60,529 nucleotides of DNA from an uncultured virus (IMG/VR IMGVR_UViG_3300032282_004613) (Duplodnaviria > Heunggongvirae > Uroviricota > Caudoviricetes): IMG/VR virus record IMGVR_UViG_3300032282_004613; one strand, 5' to 3'. How positions within the stretch are numbered: the stretch's first letter is position 1; each line of letters opens with the position of its first letter. The notes beneath the pieces were generated by a model, which saw only the letters and a list, made by a program, of their open reading frames with translations, was not told where the DNA came from and ran no database searches. Of the stretch, positions 18,085-27,302 are shown piece after piece. The position numbers were made by a program, and so were the translations under genes.

Positions 18085-18423
18085 TTATTTATTTTCAAAG
18101 GCCTCGTATAAACTTTTTATTTCAGCACATCTTTCATATTCTTCTAATTCTTCATAATATGGTATTAGTTGATCTATTAGGATATCATATTCGTCTTTTT
18201 TAAATATAAATTCGGTGTCCCATGAAAGTGGACCAATATCAGTAGAAACTAACAAAGTTAAACTACGTTTCCTGCTAATTTTTAATTCATTATAGATCTG
18301 TAAAACACCTTCATAAATTTGACCTTTGTTTGTGTCATAAAGTTGTTTAAAATCTCGATATTTTTTTTTTTCGATTTGCACCGTTATAAATGGTGTTTTT
18401 CTACTATTTGGTGTCTTTTTCAT
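18085..18423 (-). CDS. Hypothetical protein
   Basis: 112 aa; C-terminal EELEEYERCAEIK resembles a UVR-type helical motif. Confidence 0.6.
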   Translation of the reverse strand: MKKTPNSRKTPFITVQIEKKKYRDFKQLYDTNKGQIYEGVLQIYNELKISRKRSLTLLVSTDIGPLSWDTEFIFKKDEYDILIDQLIPYYEELEEYERCAEIKSLYEAFENK

Positions 18424-19447
18424 TTTTAAATGGCTTTGAGTATGATGGGTATATTAGTTTCCAAATTATGTGGTGTGTTTGTTTTCCATTATACATTGCG
18501 AATAGTAATGATGAATGTGGATATTGTTTTGCTTTTTCAGCAAACTCTTTTTTAGTTTCGATCAATGAAAATATTGAATTGAATATGTCATTATAATCAT
18601 TATCAATGTTTTCAAACCTTACTGTTAAATCACGGGCCGTTTCTTTAACCCAGTTATAAAATTCATCTGGAACTTTGTTAAGGATCTCATCAAATGACTT
18701 ACCGTCTTTTAAAATTTCCCAAATATCTCTATTTGATATGTTTGTTAAAATTTTATGTAATCGTTTATACTCGTCTCCTTTGATTTTCATACGAAAACCA
18801 TTCTTGAAACGAATAACGTATCCTTCTCTATCTTTGCTAATTTCTTCTTGCAATAGATCGTATCCTTCGCCCCAAGTTTTATATGTTGTGACAACTTCAA
18901 ATCCAGCGTCTTGCATCCAAAATAAACTACTGTCTGGTATTTCGTCACCAGTTTCAGTATGAATACCACCAATAACAACTAATTTTTCTTCGCTCCCATA
19001 ATCAACAACAATTCTATTTTCCGGATAGATAATTTCAAACAAATATGTGTTATCTTTTCTTAAAGCACTAATATCATGTTTATCAAGAATTTCTTTTCCT
19101 TTAATTGCTTGTGGTGATGTAAATGATCCACGCGTTGCTAATATCCATTCATTTTCATAATTAAAAAGAATACCTAAAGATCCATCCATCTTTTCATAGA
19201 CAACATAATCTTCATTTGGGATATCTTCAGGTTTATGTTCTTCGTAGTTAAAAAATTTCTTAAATGGTCTTGCAACAATATCACCTTTTGAGTTGGTCAC
19301 CAATCCACGACACATAATAGTTACATCGTCCCACAATCTATCGTATTGAACTTTTGGTGTATAGTTCCAAATAGTTAAGTCGAATGTAGGGTGGGCTTGT
19401 TTATGTAACAAACCGTCTTGATAGTATTTTTCTAAAATTTCTAACAT
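18404..19447 (-). CDS. RNA ligase, T4 Rnl1/RnlA-like
   Basis: Likely start MLEILEK at 19447; CRGLV, RPF.KFFN, EKMDGSL (motif I), FEII, EGYV and KIK. Confidence 0.85.
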   Translation of the reverse strand: MLEILEKYYQDGLLHKQAHPTFDLTIWNYTPKVQYDRLWDDVTIMCRGLVTNSKGDIVARPFKKFFNYEEHKPEDIPNEDYVVYEKMDGSLGILFNYENEWILATRGSFTSPQAIKGKEILDKHDISALRKDNTYLFEIIYPENRIVVDYGSEEKLVVIGGIHTETGDEIPDSSLFWMQDAGFEVVTTYKTWGEGYDLLQEEISKDREGYVIRFKNGFRMKIKGDEYKRLHKILTNISNRDIWEILKDGKSFDEILNKVPDEFYNWVKETARDLTVRFENIDNDYNDIFNSIFSLIETKKEFAEKAKQYPHSSLLFAMYNGKQTHHIIWKLIYPSYSKPFKNEKDTK

Positions 19448-19449
19448 TA

Positions 19450-19677
19450 TTATATGCGTCGGTATATGCCAGTAACAACTGACCATTTAAACCAAGTGAG
19501 AGACAAATATAAACCAACAAACCCATCCGCAAAAGATTTTGGTGAATGAGTTTCTAAATAAATGTCAATTGTGGGTAAAATGTGAAAAGACCATTGGTGA
19601 GTAAATGTGTTAAAGTGTGTCCTCATATAAGGTTTTGGTTTTATTGTTTCAGTAAATGAATTAATAAATTTACTCAT
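19450..19677 (-). CDS. Hypothetical protein
   Basis: 75 aa ORF tightly packed within the operon. Confidence 0.55.
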   Translation of the reverse strand: MSKFINSFTETIKPKPYMRTHFNTFTHQWSFHILPTIDIYLETHSPKSFADGFVGLYLSLTWFKWSVVTGIYRRI

Positions 19678-20100
19678 CTATAGTTTAACTTCAAACCTGT
19701 TTTTCATTTGTATTATTTTGTCTTCTGGAACCCCGTGGATATTTGATCCATTATGTTTATTTTCAACTATAACACTATGAACCCTATATCCATATCTTTC
19801 AGCCATTTCGTAATATGGTATCATTTCCCAATCTTGGGTAAACGTATTAGCGACAACGATCTTAAATGTCTCCAACTTCATTTTTTCAGCACATCTAACT
19901 TGACAAGAATTATGTGCTTCTTTTAATTTACTACCGTCAAAATGATATTCACCCCTTTCATTTACAAAAAAATCATCTGCAGATAAAACGTCTACCGACC
20001 CTCCTGGGGTTGATAATATTACAGATGCCAAAGTGGTTTTTCCTGAACCAGGTAACCCCCTAAGTAATATTAATTCTCCTTTATATGTAACATCATCCAT
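19678..20100 (-). CDS. P-loop kinase, polynucleotide kinase-like (AAA_33)
   Basis: LRGLPGSGKTT, SADDFF, AH..CQ, VVANT and N.HGVP motifs. Confidence 0.8.
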   Translation of the reverse strand: MDDVTYKGELILLRGLPGSGKTTLASVILSTPGGSVDVLSADDFFVNERGEYHFDGSKLKEAHNSCQVRCAEKMKLETFKIVVANTFTQDWEMIPYYEMAERYGYRVHSVIVENKHNGSNIHGVPEDKIIQMKNRFEVKL

Positions 20101-20132
20101 AACAGATAAATATATTGGTCAAAAAATTGAAA

Positions 20133-20372
20133 TTATTTATTAGTGTAATGATCCCAGTAAAATCTTCTAACAACAGATCCTAATTCGGCGTCGTTAGGGT
20201 ACATATTAACATATTTTCTTGGAATAGTGATATGGGTGTTATCGGACATGTTTTCGTAACAATTTTTACATAATTGTCCAGCACCTTCGATGTAGCCAGT
20301 TCTTGTATCTACATGATCTTCAATATCATGTGGTGTTTCTTTACCACACATGATACATGTGTCTTTTGCCAT
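20133..20372 (-). CDS. Small Cys4 zinc-finger-like protein
   Basis: CIMCG...YIEGAGQLCKNC. Confidence 0.65.
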   Translation of the reverse strand: MAKDTCIMCGKETPHDIEDHVDTRTGYIEGAGQLCKNCYENMSDNTHITIPRKYVNMYPNDAELGSVVRRFYWDHYTNK

Positions 20373-20398
20373 AATTTAAAATTTACAAAATAAGAAAG

Positions 20399-20419
20399 GT
20401 TGGGCCATTACAGCCCAAC
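20399..20419 (-). terminator. Hairpin/terminator after the lipoprotein gene
   Basis: gttggg...cccaac stem followed on the - strand by ctttctt. Confidence 0.55.
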
Positions 20420-20422
20420 ACT

Positions 20423-20605
20423 TTATTTTACTGTTGTAGAATCAGTTGGAATTTTTGCTACAGTAGTATCATTACCACTAACAGCACCCGTATCAACCGC
20501 TACAGCAGTAGTTGAATCTGTTTGTTCAGTTGTGGCAGATCCTGAGCCACAAGATACGATTGTCATTGTGATAATCGCAACTAGAAAATATGTAATTTTT
20601 CTCAT
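20423..20605 (-). CDS. Small low-complexity lipoprotein
   Basis: Likely start MRKITYFLVAIITMTIVSC (lipobox); Thr/Asp/Ser-rich tail with DST/DTT repeats. Confidence 0.7.
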   Translation of the reverse strand: MRKITYFLVAIITMTIVSCGSGSATTEQTDSTTAVAVDTGAVSGNDTTVAKIPTDSTTVK

Positions 20606-20637
20606 AATAATTAAATATAAGAAAAAAAATTGAAAAA

Positions 20638-20740
20638 ACAAAAAAACCCCAACGAGATGTCGGGGTTTAAGGTCTTTCGGTGGGTTCAACCCCACTTATT
20701 TAAAAAACGAAAAGGTAATCGGCAAAGAGAACCTCTGAGA
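20638..20740 (-). ncRNA. Candidate structured ncRNA (~100 nt)
   Basis: GC-enriched intergenic island between a - strand TATTTAT (20743-20749) and a terminator (20644-20668 plus U-tract), with an internal GUGGG/CCCAC hairpin. Confidence 0.45.
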
Positions 20741-20802
20741 GTATAAATATATAAATTTTGATAAAAAGTTTAGTTTTTTTTATTAATTTCAAGAAAATAT
20801 TC

Positions 20803-20810
20803 TATATTTG
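20803..20810 (+). promoter_or_regulatory. Bacteroidota-type -7 promoter element TAnnTTTG
   Basis: TATATTTG about 20 nt upstream of the peptidase ATG. Confidence 0.5.
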
Positions 20811-20829
20811 CATTCTAAAATAATATAAA

Positions 20830-21627
20830 ATGGAAAATTTTGTGAATATGGGGCTTCTAACTGATTTATTATCAGTGCCTTCTGAGACATTTGACGAATG
20901 GGACATGGTTTTTTTTCTATCCAAGTATTTGGATAAAATGGATTATGAGTACGATGTGGATGAATACGGTAATATTTTTGTGACAAAAGGTGATGGTGCA
21001 AATAAGCCATTAGTATGTGCACATATTGATACTGTACATAAAAAAACCACAATCAACATTCGTGAAGTATGGCTACCTAGAACTAGTTGTTATGGTCAAA
21101 AATATGACCAAAACGAGACATTGTTATGTTTAAAGGGTTATACTAATGATGGTAATGAAACCGGATGTGGTGGTGATGATAAATGCGGAATTTACGTATG
21201 CTTAGAACTTTTAAAACGAGTTGATAACATTAAAGTGGCGTTCTTTGTATCTGAAGAAATTGGTTGTGTTGGTTCAAGTAAGTGTGACGCTGATTTTTTC
21301 AATGATGTAGAGTACGTCGTATCATATGATGGTCCTGGAAATAGATTAGTTACTGAAATATGTAACGGAGTTAGAGTATTTGATAGAGATAGTAAGTTTT
21401 TTGAAATTGTATCAAAAACATTTGACGAGATTAATTACGAGCCAGTGTACGGTAATCATCCATACACTGACATATACATGATTAAAAAGAGATTTAATAT
21501 TGATGGAGTTAATTTATCTTGTGGGTATTATAACATGCACAGTCCGTCGGAATATGTTTGTGTCGACGACTTAAATAAAGCCATCGACACTGGTTTAAAT
21601 TTAATCAGAAATCTTAGTAATAACTAA
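20830..21627 (+). CDS. Zinc metallopeptidase (M28/M42/M20 clan MH)
   Basis: AHIDTV, GGDDKCG, SEEIG, YTD and GYYNMH motifs. Confidence 0.85.
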   Translation: MENFVNMGLLTDLLSVPSETFDEWDMVFFLSKYLDKMDYEYDVDEYGNIFVTKGDGANKPLVCAHIDTVHKKTTINIREVWLPRTSCYGQKYDQNETLLCLKGYTNDGNETGCGGDDKCGIYVCLELLKRVDNIKVAFFVSEEIGCVGSSKCDADFFNDVEYVVSYDGPGNRLVTEICNGVRVFDRDSKFFEIVSKTFDEINYEPVYGNHPYTDIYMIKKRFNIDGVNLSCGYYNMHSPSEYVCVDDLNKAIDTGLNLIRNLSNN

Positions 21628-23619
21628 AGCATTCTTTCTATAAACTAATTTATAGTTTTTGTTTTCTTTAATTGTTCCTCTTAGAATTTCATCACTTAAA
21701 TAATCTTCACATAAAGATTGAATAATTCTTTTTACAGGTCTGGCGCCATATTCTTCTTGTTTGTTTCTATTTAATATCTCATCAATAACAGAGTTATCAA
21801 ACTTGATATTATAATTTTTCTCACTTAATCTTTTCGCTAGTTTTGTTACTTCTAAACCAATAATAGATTTTAAAGAGCCCTCGTCTAACTTATTGAATAG
21901 AATAATATCATCAACCCTGTTTAAAAATTCAGGATTGAATTGTTGTTTAAGTGCTTTTTGGATCATTGTTTTTCTAACTTCATACTTTTGTTCTTCACTA
22001 GAATTTGTTGAAAAACCAACACCGTTACCAAATTCAGAAACTCTTTTTGCACCGACGTTTGATGTCATTACAATCAATGTATTTGTAAAATTAACTTTTC
22101 TACCGAAAGAGTCAGTCACATGACCTTCATCTAATATTTGTAATAAAATATTGAAGACGTCTTTATGTGCTTTCTCAATCTCATCAAATAAAATAACTGA
22201 AAATGGATTGTTCTTAACCTTTTCTGTTAATTGACCGCCTTCGTCATATCCAACATAACCTGGAGGAGCGCCAACTAATCTTGAAACGGCGTGTTTTTCC
22301 ATAAACTCACTCATATCAATTCTTATAACTTTATCTGCTGAACCAAAAATTAATTCTGCTAATATTTTTGCGAGATATGTTTTACCAACACCCGTTGATC
22401 CCATGAATATAAATGAACCAATTGGTTTTTGTCCGTCTTTAATACCAACTCTATTTCTTCTTATTGCTTTAGATATTGTAGCAATAGCATCTTCTTGCCC
22501 AATAACTCTATCAGCCAATCTTTTCTCTAAACTTAATAAATTTTGAGTTTCTTTATCATCTAATTTAGAAATAGGTACACCGGTCATAAAAGTAACCATT
22601 TCATAAACATCATCAACGTTAACTGGTATTTTATTATCTCTTTGGCTTTCTGCCCAATTTTCTTTTTCAGTATCTAACTTCTTCATCACCTTTCTTTCTT
22701 CGTCCCTTAGTTTCGCCGCTTGTTCATAATTTTGAGTTTTAACGACCTCTAATTTTTTATCACGGATAACATCAACTTCTTGTTTTAATTTTTCAATAGA
22801 TTCTGGTACTTTAGTTATAACTCTTTTTTCTGAACCTAATTCGTCTAATATGTCTATCGCTTTGTCTGGAAACTGTCTGTCTGTAATATATCTACTTGCC
22901 AATTTAACAATTGTTTCCATAACATTGTCTTCATATGTTACTCTATGATATTGCTCGTACGATGATTTTAAATTTTTTAATATTTCAATAGTTTCATTTT
23001 CAGTTGGTTCTTTTAAAATAATTTTTTGAAACCTTCTAACTAAGGCACTATCTTTTTCAATATGTTTTTTAAATTCATCAAACGTTGTTGCGCCGATACA
23101 TTGGATTTCACCCCTTGCTAATGCTGGCTTTAAAATATTTGCAGCGTCCATTGATCCTGAGGCGTTTCCGGCACCAACCATTGTATGTAATTCATCAATA
23201 AAAAGTATTACTTGTGGGTTTTCAGATAATTCATGTAGTATCGCTTTTATCCTTTCTTCAAATTGTCCTCTATATTTTGTACCAGCAACTAAAGAAGTTA
23301 AATCTAAAGATACCAATCTTTTATCTAAAAGATTTGTTGGACAGTTACCTTTGATGATCATCAATGCTAATTTCTCAACAAGCGCAGATTTACCGACACC
23401 GGCATCACCAACAATAACCGCGTTATTTTTTTTCTTTCTAGAAAGAATTTGTGCTATTCTTTTAACTTCAACATCTCTACCTACTATCGGATCAATTTTA
23501 CCCTCCTCCGCTAACTTATTCAAATCCCTTGAAAAATTATCAAGAATTGGTGTTGTTGAATTGTTCTTTTTGTTCTTAGGATTTGTCTTAGGACCATCTT
23601 CAAAAAAATCTACTGACAT
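21601..23619 (-). CDS. clpC: ClpC-like AAA+ ATPase lacking the N-terminal domain
   Basis: Two Walker A motifs (GDAGVGKS, GSTGVGKT), KYRGQFEER, UVR middle domain (YEQAAKLRD), GYVGY and VGF loop; likely start MSVDFF at 23619. Confidence 0.9.
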   Translation of the reverse strand: MSVDFFEDGPKTNPKNKKNNSTTPILDNFSRDLNKLAEEGKIDPIVGRDVEVKRIAQILSRKKKNNAVIVGDAGVGKSALVEKLALMIIKGNCPTNLLDKRLVSLDLTSLVAGTKYRGQFEERIKAILHELSENPQVILFIDELHTMVGAGNASGSMDAANILKPALARGEIQCIGATTFDEFKKHIEKDSALVRRFQKIILKEPTENETIEILKNLKSSYEQYHRVTYEDNVMETIVKLASRYITDRQFPDKAIDILDELGSEKRVITKVPESIEKLKQEVDVIRDKKLEVVKTQNYEQAAKLRDEERKVMKKLDTEKENWAESQRDNKIPVNVDDVYEMVTFMTGVPISKLDDKETQNLLSLEKRLADRVIGQEDAIATISKAIRRNRVGIKDGQKPIGSFIFMGSTGVGKTYLAKILAELIFGSADKVIRIDMSEFMEKHAVSRLVGAPPGYVGYDEGGQLTEKVKNNPFSVILFDEIEKAHKDVFNILLQILDEGHVTDSFGRKVNFTNTLIVMTSNVGAKRVSEFGNGVGFSTNSSEEQKYEVRKTMIQKALKQQFNPEFLNRVDDIILFNKLDEGSLKSIIGLEVTKLAKRLSEKNYNIKFDNSVIDEILNRNKQEEYGARPVKRIIQSLCEDYLSDEILRGTIKENKNYKLVYRKNALVITKISD

Positions 23620-23747
23620 ACTATAATATTTTAACAAAAATAACAAAAAAAATTCGTAAAAAAAAATATATGCAGATTGGTTAAAGAATGTGTTTAATTT
23701 CCTTTTTTAAAGTTTTTTATGTATATTACTGTCAATAAACTATTTTT

Positions 23748-23993
23748 ATGGCTATAGTATCAGAAAGTATTGAAGGGAAAGTAATTAATGTGTCTATTAG
23801 TTCAACTAACCTTAAATCTGCGTCTTACAATACAGAGACCTCGGTTTTAACAGTAAATTTTAATAATGGAGGTATTTATGAATACCAAAACGTACCTTGG
23901 GAACTTTTTACGAAATTTCGTATGAGTGATTCTCAAGGTAAGTTTCTTAATCAAAAGATTAAGGGTGCATACCAACATACAAAAATTAAATGA
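23748..23993 (+). CDS. KTSC domain protein
   Basis: SSTNLKSASY...L.V.F.NG.IYEY..VP.......S.GKF pattern. Confidence 0.85.
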   Translation: MAIVSESIEGKVINVSISSTNLKSASYNTETSVLTVNFNNGGIYEYQNVPWELFTKFRMSDSQGKFLNQKIKGAYQHTKIK

Positions 23994-24793
23994 TTAAAAA
24001 GACATTAATAGAAGAGTTAATAGAAAAATCAAATCCTGAAACAGATGATAAGATCGTCAAATCATTTAAGATGAGGGACGAATTGGCTTCTGATATTTTT
24101 GAAAGATCTGGGAATTCTTATAAAATGAATAAAGGTGTTAGGAATAAACTAATGGATGTCTCTAACGCCTTTTTAGATTTTATTGATATTGATTTCTTTG
24201 TACATGATGTGGTATTAACCGGATCTTTAGCAAATTTCAACTGGTCCGAGTTTTCGGACGTTGATTTACACATATTAATCGATTTAGACGAAGTTGATGG
24301 TGATAAACAATCAGATTCCCCAAGATTACACACAATAGTTAAAGAATTTTTTGACTTAAAGAGACAAGCATGGAATGGTTCTCATGATATCAAAATCAAA
24401 GGATATGAAGTAGAAGTTTATGTTCAGGATGTTGATGAGAAGCATTTATCATCGGGTGTTTATTCAATTTTAAACAATAAATGGGTTGTTGAACCCAAAA
24501 AAATCGATTCGGCTTCGGATATCGATGAAAGAAAAATCAAAGAAAAAGCAGAAGATTTTATCGATTTAATTGATCAATACGAGGATAGACATGAAAATGG
24601 TGAGGACATAACTGTTGAAATTGACAACCTAAAGAAAAAACTTAAGAAGTTTAGACAAAGTGGTTTAGATGAAGGTGGGGAGTACTCATACGAGAACCTA
24701 GTTTTCAAATTATTGAGAAGAAACGGGTATATCGGGAAGATGCTAGAACTCAAAAACTATTCAATCGACAAGAAATTATCCGTAGAGCAATAG
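23990..24793 (+). CDS. Pol-beta superfamily nucleotidyltransferase
   Basis: GSLANFNW..FSDVDLH and VEVYVQD motifs. Confidence 0.75.
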   Translation: MIKKTLIEELIEKSNPETDDKIVKSFKMRDELASDIFERSGNSYKMNKGVRNKLMDVSNAFLDFIDIDFFVHDVVLTGSLANFNWSEFSDVDLHILIDLDEVDGDKQSDSPRLHTIVKEFFDLKRQAWNGSHDIKIKGYEVEVYVQDVDEKHLSSGVYSILNNKWVVEPKKIDSASDIDERKIKEKAEDFIDLIDQYEDRHENGEDITVEIDNLKKKLKKFRQSGLDEGGEYSYENLVFKLLRRNGYIGKMLELKNYSIDKKLSVEQ

Positions 24794-24863
24794 TTAACGC
24801 TATTTTTTTGCTTTTCTTTTGTATTTATAGGATAAGAATAACCTTATATATAATTTTAAAAAA

Positions 24864-26162
24864 ATGGGAGATTTAAAACCTCTAGGTAGTGAAAAACTTC
24901 AAGGAGACAACAAATTAAAAAGAATACTTGAACTTACGTACTATAACGACAGTAAGAATAATGCCACAACATCAAACAAACCTGAATTAGTTAAGGAGGG
25001 TAAGAATGGCGTATATGCTATAGTTAAAGAGAAAGACGGTTACCATGTAAAGAAAGGTTTAACCGAATCTACTCTTGATTATATCGGTGGTATGTTCATG
25101 AAAAATAAGAATAAATTTAATTCATATGCTGAAGCATTAAAGAGATTAGAACTTATCAAATCTCAAGAATTGCAAGAGGCAACAAATTATGTTTTAAAAA
25201 CAAATAAACCTAAAACCGAAGCCCCAATGCCAGCGCCTTCTTTTGATAGCGCACCGGCGCCATCAGCGGGTGAACCTGCTCCTGCTCCAGCGCCAGCACC
25301 TGATGCTGCACCAGCACGAGAAGAAGAACCGGCTTTGCCACCTTCAGATTCTGAAGAAACTAGTGACGAAGCACCAGAAGGTGATATGGGTGGAGAAGGT
25401 GGTCCTGAACACATGAAAGAGGTTCAAAGATTAAGCGGTAAACTTGGTCAAGCAATTAGAGAAGTACAAGATGATATGGAAAGCGATGACGTAAAATACG
25501 TTATTAACATGTTATTATCTGCTGTTGATTTGGATAAATTATCTGAAGAAGACAAAGAAGAAATTGTTGATAAGTTTGAACCTGAAGAGGGCCAACCTGG
25601 TGACGAAACATCTTACGGAGACGAAGATGAGGTTAAACCAGAAGAAGAACCCGCTCCAACACCTGAAGAGGATATGGACGAAACAATGAGTAGTTTAGAA
25701 GAATTAATTAATACCGATTTTGACCTAAGTGGTGATAAATCTGATATGGACGAATATTTTTACTTCGATCCAGAAAATGAAACTGAAACTGGTGATGAAC
25801 CTGTTACACGTATTCGCAATGTTAACAATTTAAATGGAAATGATAACCCAAATTCAGACGAAAAACCAAGTAGAGTTGGTAAAAGTTCTAGAGGCGAAAG
25901 TTGGTTAGACGACAAATATCACACTTATAATGATACTGATTTAGGTTCTGAAGATTATGATGAAGAAGAGTTTGATAATCATGATGATTTTATGGCGAAA
26001 CATTCTGACACAAATTGGGATGTTAGAGACAAAAAATATTTTGATATGCACAAACCAATGAAGATTAAAACATTAAAGAAAAAGGACGATCTTGACATTA
26101 CTCCAGAATTAACTGAAATTAATGAAGCGATCAAAACAACATTAAGCAAATACTTTGAATAA
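24864..26162 (+). CDS. Acidic Pro/Ala-rich late protein (possibly head-associated)
   Basis: TATTTAT at 24822-24828; located upstream of the terminase; low-complexity. Confidence 0.6.
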   Translation: MGDLKPLGSEKLQGDNKLKRILELTYYNDSKNNATTSNKPELVKEGKNGVYAIVKEKDGYHVKKGLTESTLDYIGGMFMKNKNKFNSYAEALKRLELIKSQELQEATNYVLKTNKPKTEAPMPAPSFDSAPAPSAGEPAPAPAPAPDAAPAREEEPALPPSDSEETSDEAPEGDMGGEGGPEHMKEVQRLSGKLGQAIREVQDDMESDDVKYVINMLLSAVDLDKLSEEDKEEIVDKFEPEEGQPGDETSYGDEDEVKPEEEPAPTPEEDMDETMSSLEELINTDFDLSGDKSDMDEYFYFDPENETETGDEPVTRIRNVNNLNGNDNPNSDEKPSRVGKSSRGESWLDDKYHTYNDTDLGSEDYDEEEFDNHDDFMAKHSDTNWDVRDKKYFDMHKPMKIKTLKKKDDLDITPELTEINEAIKTTLSKYFE

Positions 26163-26164
26163 TA

Positions 26165-26566
26165 ATGTATCTACTTTACATCAATGAACTAGGAGAAGAT
26201 TATAAAGGCCAGAGACAATATGAGTTTATTTTTGGCGAAGATCCTAGTGTTTTGATGGAAGAGTGGTTTCATATCCCATCATCAGGAAGGGCGATACCAC
26301 CGGAATTAGAATTTATAGATTTAGTTGGTTTATTAAAAAATTCCGATTTAAAACTAGATTTAGTTCAAAATTCTGACTATTTTGGTGTAATCGATGCTGT
26401 TGATGGGATTGTTGCGTTAGGTTGGGAATCGTTTGATCTAAACGCTGAAGAGAGACCTATACGGGTCTGTTTTCATTTTGGCGAGGAGTTAGATAGTATT
26501 ACTCAAAAATTAGCATCAAAAGGGTTAAGATTAATAAATGAAGATATCAAATACAAATTAAAATAA
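26165..26566 (+). CDS. Hypothetical protein
   Basis: 133 aa ORF within the operon. Confidence 0.7.
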   Translation: MYLLYINELGEDYKGQRQYEFIFGEDPSVLMEEWFHIPSSGRAIPPELEFIDLVGLLKNSDLKLDLVQNSDYFGVIDAVDGIVALGWESFDLNAEERPIRVCFHFGEELDSITQKLASKGLRLINEDIKYKLK

Positions 26567-26567
26567 A

Positions 26568-27302
26568 ATGAAAAGAATCGATTTAGTTAAACAATTAGTT
26601 AAGGAAGGTATGTCTGAAAAAACATTAGTTAATTTCAGCGATAAGCAATTAAGAATGCTTTCTGAAAGATTGCAAGTAAAAGCAAGTAATTTAAAAACAA
26701 AACCAGAATTACAAGCAATGGCTAAAGACCCTGCGGTTGATATGGAGGTGATGGAAAAGAAAGATGAGTTAAAAGGAAATCAAAAGAAGTTAGATAAAAA
26801 TCATAATGGAAAAATTGATGGTCAAGATTTTAAAATATTAAACGGAAAAAAGAAAACTAAAGTTCCTGCAACAAAGAAAAAAGGTAAGGTCGGTCAAAAA
26901 GCAAAAACGGATTTGAATTTAAAAAATTTGAATGAATGGGTTGATACATTAGTTGAAAAGTCGTATCATCCTTTAACAACTAAAGGCGATATGATGGAAG
27001 CGATTAGCAAAAAAATTAAAACAGCAGCAATTGCAATGCCCGCTTCTAAGCCAAAAAGAGGACATAATGGTGTCGCTGAGTTTATGGAATATAATAATCC
27101 AGAACCAGAAAAACAAGAACCAGATATTGAAACAATGCCTGCGGAGCCAGATACTAAACCTAGAGAAAGGCCAAAACACCCAGGACAAAGACCAAACGAT
27201 AACCCTGATCCGGCGCCAAAAGCAAAGGCGAAACAAAAGATTTCACCTAAAGAAGCAAAATCTAAAGTTATAGGGTCAATACATAAATTACTTTCTAAAT
27301 AA
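26568..27302 (+). CDS. Lys/Pro-rich protein with EF-hand-like loop
   Basis: LDKNHNGKIDGQDF. Confidence 0.65.
   Translation: MKRIDLVKQLVKEGMSEKTLVNFSDKQLRMLSERLQVKASNLKTKPELQAMAKDPAVDMEVMEKKDELKGNQKKLDKNHNGKIDGQDFKILNGKKKTKVPATKKKGKVGQKAKTDLNLKNLNEWVDTLVEKSYHPLTTKGDMMEAISKKIKTAAIAMPASKPKRGHNGVAEFMEYNNPEPEKQEPDIETMPAEPDTKPRERPKHPGQRPNDNPDPAPKAKAKQKISPKEAKSKVIGSIHKLLSK

Noticed and set aside
20680..20695. GTGGG-TTCAAC-CCCAC resembles a tRNA T-arm
   Set aside because: The loop is 6 nt, and no acceptor, D or anticodon arm can be built around it. No tRNA was found in the window by eye.
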